From positions 1 through 24,383 of the forward strand of contig WGBN01000139.1 in NCBI GenBank assembly GCA_015494245.1: a stretch of DNA of 24,383 nucleotides. The letters are read 5' to 3'. Position numbers and translations under genes: made by a program. This DNA comes from Saprospiraceae bacterium. Lineage in GTDB: Bacteria; Bacteroidota; Bacteroidia; Chitinophagales; Saprospiraceae. The notes beneath the pieces were generated by a model. The model was not told the origin of the DNA and did no database searches. It was given only the letters and a program-made list of their open reading frames with translations. Position 1 is the first letter of the stretch. Each line of letters opens with the position of its first letter. Shown here one piece after another: positions 18,701 to 24,383 of this stretch.

Positions 18701-19571
18701 CGGCAGAAGAGTTGAGGATCAGCTCGATGTTGTCTTCAGTGAGCACTTCATCGCGCTCGAGGATGACCTCGTGCCGTTCGATGGAAGTGGTCTCCCCCGT
18801 ATCTTCATCTACGAAGTCTTCGAACCAGCTCTTCAGCACGCGGGCGGCCAGTTTGCGGCCTATGGCTTTTTTCAGGCTGGTTTTGTTGACCGAGATGGTG
18901 TCGGCCAGGCCGAAGAGGCTGAGAATGTCTTTGTCCGAATCATAGCCAATAGCCCTCAGCAGGGTCGTAACCGGAAACTTTTTCTTCCGGTCAATATAGG
19001 CATACATGACATTGTTGATGTCAGAGGCAAACTCCATCCAAGCCCCCTTGAAGGGAATGATGCGGGCAGAGTAAATTTTGGTGCCGTTCGGGTGAAAGCT
19101 CTGGCTAAAGAACACGCCCGGCGAGCGATGCAATTGCGAAACGATCAGGCGCTCGGCACCATTGATGACAAAAGTACCCTTGGGCGTCATGTAGGGAATG
19201 TTGCCGAGGAATACGTCTTGCACAATGGTTTCGAAATCCACGTGTTCTTTGTCATTACACGACAAACGCAACTTCGCCTTCAAAGGCACGCTATAGGTCA
19301 AGCCCCGCTGCATACATTCTTCGATGCTGTAGCGAGGAGGGTCCACATAGTAATCCAGAAACTCCAGAAGAAAAATGTTTCTGGTATCCGAAATGGGGAA
19401 ATTCTCCTGGAACACCTTGTAGAGGCCTTCATCTTTCCGATTTTCCAGGGTGGTTTCTAATTGGAAAAACTCTTGAAAGGATTTCAATTGAATCTCCAGC
19501 AAATCCGGATATTGATTTGGGAGCTTTATTTTCCCGAAATTCACGCGGGAAGTTCCGTTTGCTGTTGCCAT
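15765..19571 (-). CDS. rpoB: DNA-directed RNA polymerase beta subunit (~1268 aa)
   Basis: [70 protein letters not shown] 19571 preferred over TTG 19577. Confidence 0.99.
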   Translation of the reverse strand: MATANGTSRVNFGKIKLPNQYPDLLEIQLKSFQEFFQLETTLENRKDEGLYKVFQENFPISDTRNIFLLEFLDYYVDPPRYSIEECMQRGLTYSVPLKAKLRLSCNDKEHVDFETIVQDVFLGNIPYMTPKGTFVINGAERLIVSQLHRSPGVFFSQSFHPNGTKIYSARIIPFKGAWMEFASDINNVMYAYIDRKKKFPVTTLLRAIGYDSDKDILSLFGLADTISVNKTSLKKAIGRKLAARVLKSWFEDFVDEDTGETTSIERHEVILERDEVLTEDNIELILNSSAEEVILQREDVDEDYSIIYNTLQKDQSSSEMEAVNYIYRQLRGTEPPDDETARGIIDKLFFSEKRYNLGEVGRYKINRKLGLDIPMDTLVLTKEDIIVIVKYLVRLINQKAEVDDIDHLSNRRVRTVGEQLYAQFGVGLARMARTIRERMNVRDNEVFTPIELINARTLSSVINSFFGTSQLSQFLDQTNPLSEITHKRRISALGPGGLSRERAGFEVRDVHYSHYGRLCTIETPEGPNIGLISTLCVHAKVNKMGFLETPYHPVKNGKVDLKGGIQYLSAEGEDDKRIAQANAPLDEKGAFLSDRIKCREHGDFPVLPPEEIDFIDIAPNQIVGVSASLIPFLENDDANRALMGSNMQRQAVPLLKPKAPIVGTGLEGKVARDSRMLINAEGEGVVEYVDATKIVIRYDRTEEEKLISFEDSSKTYNLIKFRRTNQGTCINLKPIVRKGDRVTKGQILCDGYATEKGELALGQNLKVAFMPWKGFNFEDAIVISERVVRDDIFTSLHIENFDLDVRDTKLGEEELTNDIPNVSEDAIKDLDENGIIRVGAWVKERDILIGKITPKGESDPTPEEKLLRAIFGDKAGDVKDASLKAPPSTQGVVIATQLFLRAKKDKLQKEQEKELLLKLETEHKVALNELKTILVDKLFTLIKGKTSQGVKNTYGEVLVPKGTRFTQSILRKLEYNHINPSKWTTDEHINNLVIRLLHNYNIKYSEELGRYNREKFNISIGDELPAGVLKLAKVYLAKKRKLKVGDKLAGRHGNKGIVSKIVPEEDMPFLEDGTPVDIVLNPLGVPSRMNLGQIFETVLGWAGEKLGVKYATPIFDGAKSEEIEEQIQKAGLPSLGQTYLYDGETGDRFHQQATVGVIYMLKLSHMVDDKMHARSIGPYSLITQQPLGGKAQFGGQRFGEMEVWALEAFGAANMLRELLTIKSDDMAGRSKAYEAIVKGDPLPEPNIPESFNVLIHELRGLALEVSFD

Positions 19572-19606
19572 GTGCAATAAACGTTAAAATAAAAGAATCT
19601 TCATAG

Positions 19607-19658
19607 ACGACAAGAGGGCTAGTGAGACAACAGTCTCACTAAGCCCCAAAATCGTCGT
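19607..19658 (-). terminator. Long hairpin between rplL and rpoB; candidate attenuator
   Basis: GGGC-U-UAGUGAGAC-UGUU-GUCUCACUA-GCCC core (19616-19646) followed by UCUUGUCG; outer ACGACGA/UUGUCGU pairing can extend it. Confidence 0.65.
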
Positions 19659-19715
19659 ATGTGCTATGGCTTTTCTTTGCCAATGCCGCGAGTTAAGCTG
19701 AGTGTAAAAAAAGTA

Positions 19716-20096
19716 CTACTTCAATTCGACAGAAGCACCCACTGCTTCGAGGGCAGCTTTGATGCTTTCGGCCTCGTCTTTGGGCACACCTTCCTTCACA
19801 TTGGTAGGAGCTGCATCAACGAGTTCCTTAGCTTCTTTCAAGCCAAGGCCGAGCAAAGTTTTCACTTCTTTTACAACTTTCAGCTTGGCACTACCTGCGG
19901 AAGTGAGAACGACATCGAAGTCGGTCTTTTCTGCAGCGCCGCCTTCAGCGCCACCACCGGCGGGGCCGGCAGCAACAGCTACAGCCGCAGCTGCAGGCTC
20001 AATGCCATACTCTTCTTTGAGGAAATCCGTCAATTCGGAAACCTCTTTTACAGTCAGGTTTACCAACTGTTCTGCAAGTGCTTTAATATCAGCCAT
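19716..20096 (-). CDS. rplL: 50S ribosomal protein L7/L12
   Basis: [22 protein letters not shown], Ala/Gly hinge, KTDFDVVL...KLKVVKEVK...[15 protein letters not shown] 20096. Confidence 0.99.
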   Translation of the reverse strand: MADIKALAEQLVNLTVKEVSELTDFLKEEYGIEPAAAAVAVAAGPAGGGAEGGAAEKTDFDVVLTSAGSAKLKVVKEVKTLLGLGLKEAKELVDAAPTNVKEGVPKDEAESIKAALEAVGASVELK

Positions 20097-20190
20097 TTTC
20101 AAAATGGTTTTAAAAAGTTACCAAAAATGGTGCGTAACTTGGAAGCCAAACAAAAGGAAGTTTCACAAAACACCCCCCTGCGGGGTTGCT

Positions 20191-20721
20191 TTACTCACCT
20201 GCGCGCTCTTCAAGCGCTTTGAGTACATTCATGATGGTATGTTCGCCGGATTGCAAACTTCCCAACAAGTTCTTCATCGGAGATTGCAGCAAGCCCAGCA
20301 AATCACCCAACAGTTCTTCTTTGGATTTCAAAGCTGCCAGCATTTCCAGTTGATCGTCACCGAGATAGATGGCGGAGTCAATGTAGGCGGCTTTGATGAC
20401 GGGCTTTTCACTTTCTTTGCGAAACTCCTTGATGATGCGGGCGGGCGCATTGGCCACTTCCGTAAACATCACCGCAGTAGGCCCTTGCAAAACCTCATAC
20501 AGAGGTTCTACGCCCTTGGATTCGTCTAAGGATTCGAGGGCTTTGCGGGTCAGGGTATTTTTGACGACTTTCATCTCCACGCCTACCTCGAACAACTTGC
20601 GGCGCAAGTTATTGACTTGCTCTACGGTCAGCGTAGAAGAATCAGTGAAGTAAAAGAAAGATGCATTGGCAAATTTCTCCTTCAACTGCTCGATCATCGC
20701 GGTTTTTTCAGCTCTGGTCAT
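20191..20721 (-). CDS. rplJ: 50S ribosomal protein L10
   Basis: LTVEQVNNLRRKL, KVVKNTLTRKAL, GPTAVMF, LAALKSKEELLG; conserved position between rplA and rplL. Confidence 0.98.
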   Translation of the reverse strand: MTRAEKTAMIEQLKEKFANASFFYFTDSSTLTVEQVNNLRRKLFEVGVEMKVVKNTLTRKALESLDESKGVEPLYEVLQGPTAVMFTEVANAPARIIKEFRKESEKPVIKAAYIDSAIYLGDDQLEMLAALKSKEELLGDLLGLLQSPMKNLLGSLQSGEHTIMNVLKALEERAGE

Positions 20722-20789
20722 CGCTCATATCATTTGAGAGGGAAACTTCAAGGCGCTCTTTGCAGAACACTTCCAGGCCTCCCCTGGTT

Positions 20790-21479
20790 TTAACTAATGG
20801 ATTTAGGGTCAATCTTAATGCCCGGGCTCATGCTGCTGGCCATGGTGACGGACTTCATGTACGTACCCTTGGCAGAGGCCGGCTTGATCTTCTGAATCGT
20901 GTGGAGCACTTCCTCGGCATTTTCTTTGAGCTTTTCGGCCTCAAAAGAAACGCGGCCTACAGGCACGTGAATGATGCCGTATTTGTCCACGCGAAAAGAA
21001 ATTTTACCGCCTTTTACGGCCTTCACGGCTGCTCCCACATCGGGCGTTACCGTTCCCGTTTTGGGGTTGGGCATCAATCCGCGGGGGCCGAGGATACGGC
21101 CCAGTCCACCCACTTTAGCCATGACCTGAGGCATAGCGATGACGACGTCAAAGTCCGTCCAGCCGCCTTTGACCTTTTCGATCAGATCATCCAGACCTAC
21201 ATAATCGGCGCCGGCATCCAGAGCTTCCTGCTCTTTATCGGGCGTTGCAAAGACCAAAACTCTTTTGGTTTTACCCGTTCCATGGGGCAATACGAGCGTA
21301 CCGCGCAGGGCCTGATCTGCTTTGCGCGGGTCAACGCCAAGACGGACGTGCAGGTCCACCGAAGCGTCAAACTTTGCCGTATTGACTTCTTTGACCAGGG
21401 CCGCAGCTTCGGGCAGGGAATACAACTTCCCCGAATCCACCTTTTTGTTGGCCGCAGCCCGTTTTTTAGATACTTTCAT
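20790..21479 (-). CDS. rplA: 50S ribosomal protein L1
   Basis: [56 protein letters not shown]. Confidence 0.99.
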   Translation of the reverse strand: MKVSKKRAAANKKVDSGKLYSLPEAAALVKEVNTAKFDASVDLHVRLGVDPRKADQALRGTLVLPHGTGKTKRVLVFATPDKEQEALDAGADYVGLDDLIEKVKGGWTDFDVVIAMPQVMAKVGGLGRILGPRGLMPNPKTGTVTPDVGAAVKAVKGGKISFRVDKYGIIHVPVGRVSFEAEKLKENAEEVLHTIQKIKPASAKGTYMKSVTMASSMSPGIKIDPKSIS

Positions 21480-21497
21480 AATGGTTGGTTAAGTGGT

Positions 21498-21572
21498 GAG
21501 GTAATAGCGCTTTGTCTTCTGTGCTTTCGCAAAACGCGTAACGTTGCAGCATATCAGCATACAACTCCCTTC
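21498..21572 (-). promoter_or_regulatory. Candidate L1-binding autoregulatory RNA site upstream of rplA
   Basis: AGG-GAG (21570-21565) ... GCG-CUAUUA-CCU (21510-21499), resembling from memory the E. coli rplK-leader GGG-GAG...GCG-UUAUUA-CCC, with a compensatory A-U closing pair. Confidence 0.55.
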
Positions 21573-21622
21573 GCTTTGTCGGCAAAGCCCGCTATGCGAG
21601 ACTTGCCAACCTTTTGGTTTTA

Positions 21623-22087
21623 TCAGGCTTCAGCTTGTTCTCCTTCCGTTGCCCAGGGAGGCGTGCCGGAGATGGTGATGCCCATAGAGCGAGCCGTACC
21701 TGCAATCATGCGCATACCCGCTTCCACGGTAAAGCAGTTCAAGTCCGGCATCTTGCTTTCTGCAATGGCGCGCACCTGGTCCCAGCTTACGCTACCCACT
21801 TTGGTACGGTTGGATTCCGGAGAGCCCTTTTGGAGCTTTGCGGCTTCCAGCAATTGGACGGCTGCGGGCGGAGTTTTGATGATGAAGTCAAAGGATTTGT
21901 CCTTATACACCGTAATGACTACCGGCAGGACTTTTCCCTTTTGGTCTTCCGTCTTAGCGTTAAAACGCTTGCAAAACTCCATGATGTTGACTCCTTTGGC
22001 ACCCAGAGCAGGGCCTACGGGAGGAGCAGGGTTGGCAGCGCCACCGCGCACCTGAAGCTTGATAAAACCTTCTACTTCTTTTGCCAT
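21623..22087 (-). CDS. rplK: 50S ribosomal protein L11
   Basis: [55 protein letters not shown]. Confidence 0.99.
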   Translation of the reverse strand: MAKEVEGFIKLQVRGGAANPAPPVGPALGAKGVNIMEFCKRFNAKTEDQKGKVLPVVITVYKDKSFDFIIKTPPAAVQLLEAAKLQKGSPESNRTKVGSVSWDQVRAIAESKMPDLNCFTVEAGMRMIAGTARSMGITISGTPPWATEGEQAEA

Positions 22088-22152
22088 GTGATGACTGTTT
22101 TAAAACGCCTGAAAGTCCATGAGCTTTTTCGCTCTTGGCCTTTCGGCAAATT

Positions 22153-22782
22153 TTACTCTTGTTTTTCTACCTGCATGAAGTTCAACTCCACTTCTGTGCC
22201 GCGGCCAAAGATTTTGACCACGACTTTCAGTTTTTTGCGTTCTTCATTGACTTCCTTGAGCTCACCGACGAAGTCGTTGAAAGGCCCGTCAATAATTTTG
22301 ACCATTTCGCCCACGATGAAAGGCTCGAGCATGCTTTCGCCGCTTTCCTCCGATTCGTCCACGCGCCCCAGGAGGCGGTTGGCTTCTGAAGCCCTCATCG
22401 CCTCAGGGTTGTTTCCTCCGAGGAAATGGATGACATTGGGTATGTTGGCAATGGTCTGTATCATTTCGCCCGTAAACTTATCGGGATCGGCCTGTACCAA
22501 AATATATCCGGGCAGAAGGTTTCTCTCCAGGATGACCTTTTTGCCCGAGCGAATCTTATAGACTTTTTCCGTAGGCACCAGCACCTGCAAGATCACATCC
22601 GACCAGCCGGAGCGCTGCACTTCCAGGTCAATGCGCTCTTTGATCTTGCGCTCCTTACCGCTAATCACGCGCAAAGGATACCACAGGCCCTTGCTGTCCT
22701 CTTGAGGAAGGGCTGCTTTTTCTTCCGCTGGTGTCTGAGCTTCTTCCTGCTCCTGCGGCGATGTGTTTTTCTCGTCTAACAT
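22153..22782 (-). CDS. nusG: Transcription termination/antitermination factor NusG, with acidic N-terminal extension
   Basis: WYPLRVISGKE, LVPTEKV, LPGYILV, KOW motif GEMVKIIDGPFNDFVG, KVVVKIFGRGTEVELNFMQVEK; located between secE and rplK. Confidence 0.98.
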   Translation of the reverse strand: MLDEKNTSPQEQEEAQTPAEEKAALPQEDSKGLWYPLRVISGKERKIKERIDLEVQRSGWSDVILQVLVPTEKVYKIRSGKKVILERNLLPGYILVQADPDKFTGEMIQTIANIPNVIHFLGGNNPEAMRASEANRLLGRVDESEESGESMLEPFIVGEMVKIIDGPFNDFVGELKEVNEERKKLKVVVKIFGRGTEVELNFMQVEKQE

Positions 22783-22795
22783 GAGCGGAAGGGCA

Positions 22796-22984
22796 TTACA
22801 GTTGATAAAGAGTTTCCATAACGATATTGAAAACCATATCCATCAGCATGATGATGAGGGCCAAAATTGCCGAAGCTACAAGAACCGCCACAGTATTGCT
22901 TTGCAATTGCGTCCAGCTTGGCCAGGTAACCTTGTGCATCAACTCGTCATAGCTCTCGCGGACGTATAATTTAAGCTTTTCCAT
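22796..22984 (-). CDS. secE: Preprotein translocase subunit SecE (62 aa)
   Basis: ELMHKVTWPSW followed by one TM helix (TVAVLVASAILALIIMLMD); ATG 22984 preferred; synteny trnW-secE-nusG. Confidence 0.96.
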   Translation of the reverse strand: MEKLKLYVRESYDELMHKVTWPSWTQLQSNTVAVLVASAILALIIMLMDMVFNIVMETLYQL

Positions 22985-23014
22985 AAGTCGTTTTTTTATA
23001 GCCAAACCAAGCTG

Positions 23015-23087
23015 CACGGGTAGAGGGACTCGAACCCCCAGCCTACGGTTTTGGAGACCGTCGCTCTACCAATTGAGCTATACCCGT
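23015..23087 (-). tRNA. trnW: tRNA-Trp (CCA), 3' CCA not encoded
   Basis: ACGGGTA acceptor stem, D arm TAGCTCAATTGGTAGAGC, anticodon stem ACGGT-CTCCAAA-ACCGT, T arm GGGGGTTCGAGTCCC, TACCCGT-G. Confidence 0.98.
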
Positions 23088-23152
23088 AAGTCAAATTTGC
23101 CGAGCGTCCTGTCTCCAATTGAGCTTCTTGCAGCAACGCTTTGCATTTTGCC

Positions 23153-23190
23153 ACAGGAGGGGCTTACTCTTTCGAGCAGCCCCTGCCTGT
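23153..23190 (-). other. Long GAAA-tetraloop hairpin between tuf and trnW
   Basis: ACAGG-C-AGGGGCUGCUC-GAAA-GAGUA-AGCCCCU-CCUGU; no U tract in the sense direction. Confidence 0.6.
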
Positions 23191-23235
23191 AGCTTTTAGC
23201 CTGTGTTCAAACCCCAAAGGGGTCGAAATGCTGTA

Positions 23236-24383
23236 TTATTCGATGATCTCCGTTACCTGGCCGGCACCAACGGTGCGTCCACCTTCGCGGATAGCGAAGC
23301 GCAGACCTTTCTCCATAGCAATCGGGTTGATCAATTTCACTTCCATAGAGACGTTGTCTCCAGGCATGACCATCTCTACACCATCCGGCAACTTGATGTC
23401 TCCGGTTACGTCTGTGGTGCGGAAATAGAACTGCGGGCGGTATCCGTTGAAGAAGGGCTTGTGACGGCCACCTTCCTCTTTGCTCAGGACGTACACCTCG
23501 GCTTTGAAGTGCGTGTGAGGATTCACAGAACCGGGAGCGCAAATCACCATACCACGACGGATGGCATCTTTGTCAATACCACGCAACAGCAAACCTGCAT
23601 TGTCGCCGGCTTCGCCGCGCTCCAGAAGTTTGCGGAACATCTCCACACCCGTAACCACAGAAGTCAGAGGCTTTTCACCCGGCTTCATCATACCTACGAT
23701 CTCTACGGGATCGCCAACATTGATGACACCGCGCTCAATACGACCCGTAGCAACCGTACCACGACCCGTGATGGAGAAGACGTCCTCAATAGGCATCAGG
23801 AACGGCTTGTCAATCAAACGCTCCGGCTCGGGGATTTCCTCATCCACAGCATCCATCAAATCGCGGATGGCCTGCATGGCCTGGGCATCGCCTTCCAAAG
23901 CTTTCAAAGCCGAACCCTGAATGATTCTGGCATTTTCGCCGTCAAAATCGTATTGATCCAAGAGCTCGCGAATCTCCATCTCTACCAGTTCCAGCATCTC
24001 CTCGTCGTCCACGAGATCTACTTTATTCATGAAAACCACAATCTTGGGCACACCCACCTGGCGGGCCAGCAAGATGTGCTCACGCGTTTGGGGCATGGGG
24101 CCGTCCGTAGCGGCAACCACCAAAATGGCGCCGTCCATCTGGGCAGCACCCGTTACCATGTTCTTCACATAGTCAGCGTGACCAGGGCAGTCCACGTGTG
24201 CATAGTGGCGCTTTGCCGTTTCGTACTCCACGTGAGCAGTATTGATCGTGATACCACGCTCTTTCTCCTCGGGAGCAGCGTCAATTGCATCATAATCCAT
24301 CTTTTCGGCAAAACCATCCTGAGACAAAACGTATGTGATGGCCGCTGTCAGCGTGGTCTTACCGTGGTCAACGTGACCAATCG
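23236..24383 (-). CDS. tuf: Elongation factor Tu, 5' end truncated by the window edge
   Basis: The frame extends past the ORF-track start to the edge: (T)[16 protein letters not shown]; [51 protein letters not shown]. Confidence 0.99.
   Translation of the reverse strand, partial: IGHVDHGKTTLTAAITYVLSQDGFAEKMDYDAIDAAPEEKERGITINTAHVEYETAKRHYAHVDCPGHADYVKNMVTGAAQMDGAILVVAATDGPMPQTREHILLARQVGVPKIVVFMNKVDLVDDEEMLELVEMEIRELLDQYDFDGENARIIQGSALKALEGDAQAMQAIRDLMDAVDEEIPEPERLIDKPFLMPIEDVFSITGRGTVATGRIERGVINVGDPVEIVGMMKPGEKPLTSVVTGVEMFRKLLERGEAGDNAGLLLRGIDKDAIRRGMVICAPGSVNPHTHFKAEVYVLSKEEGGRHKPFFNGYRPQFYFRTTDVTGDIKLPDGVEMVMPGDNVSMEVKLINPIAMEKGLRFAIREGGRTVGAGQVTEIIE

Noticed and set aside
16416-19460. 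1014-aa plus-strand ORF antisense to rpoB
   Set aside because: In register with rpoB (offset 651 nt = 217 codons); same codon-bias artefact.
11416-19571. Inteins, introns or frameshifts in rpoB/rpoC
   Set aside because: Both are continuous, of normal length, with no large insertion; only a short Lys-rich loop in RpoC ([10 protein letters not shown]).
20661-22561. Plus-strand ORFs of 464 aa and 315 aa over rplA/rplK/nusG
   Set aside because: In register with rplA and rplK respectively; they span conserved genes and structured spacers on the opposite strand.
1-24383. CRISPR arrays, IS elements, integrases, prophage or defence genes, including an integration site at trnW
   Set aside because: No regularly spaced DNA repeats, transposase or integrase motifs; trnW is flanked directly by tuf and secE with no att-like duplication seen. 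SprB and Gly repeats are protein-level repeats.

Overview
Bacteroidota genomic window (probably Saprospiria/Chitinophagia-like; inferred from T9SS cargo, TAnnTTTG promoters and no Shine-Dalgarno sites). The right half (11416-24383, minus strand) is the conserved core cluster tuf(partial)-trnW-secE-nusG-rplK-rplA-rplJ-rplL-rpoB-rpoC. It is followed on the same strand by a GH73 glucosaminidase, purE and an 865-aa Gly-rich/PKD T9SS type-A cargo protein. The left part holds miaA (the only plus-strand gene), a PlsC-like acyltransferase and a >=1669-aa T9SS type-B cargo gene (1-5009, minus). The ORF track misses that gene because it runs off the left edge. It reads signal peptide-CUB-PKD-2x P-domain-8x SprB repeat-CTD. 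I see no mobile element, CRISPR array or defence system, and no clearly new multi-gene system. The best leads are the two uncharacterised T9SS surface proteins, a repeat-bearing promoter with a ~195-nt structured leader upstream of the large one, a candidate L1-binding operator with an unusually long insert before rplA, and the rpoC terminator ending only ~6 nt before the GH73 start codon. All RNA structures were paired by eye and domain calls are motif recognition, not HMM results.
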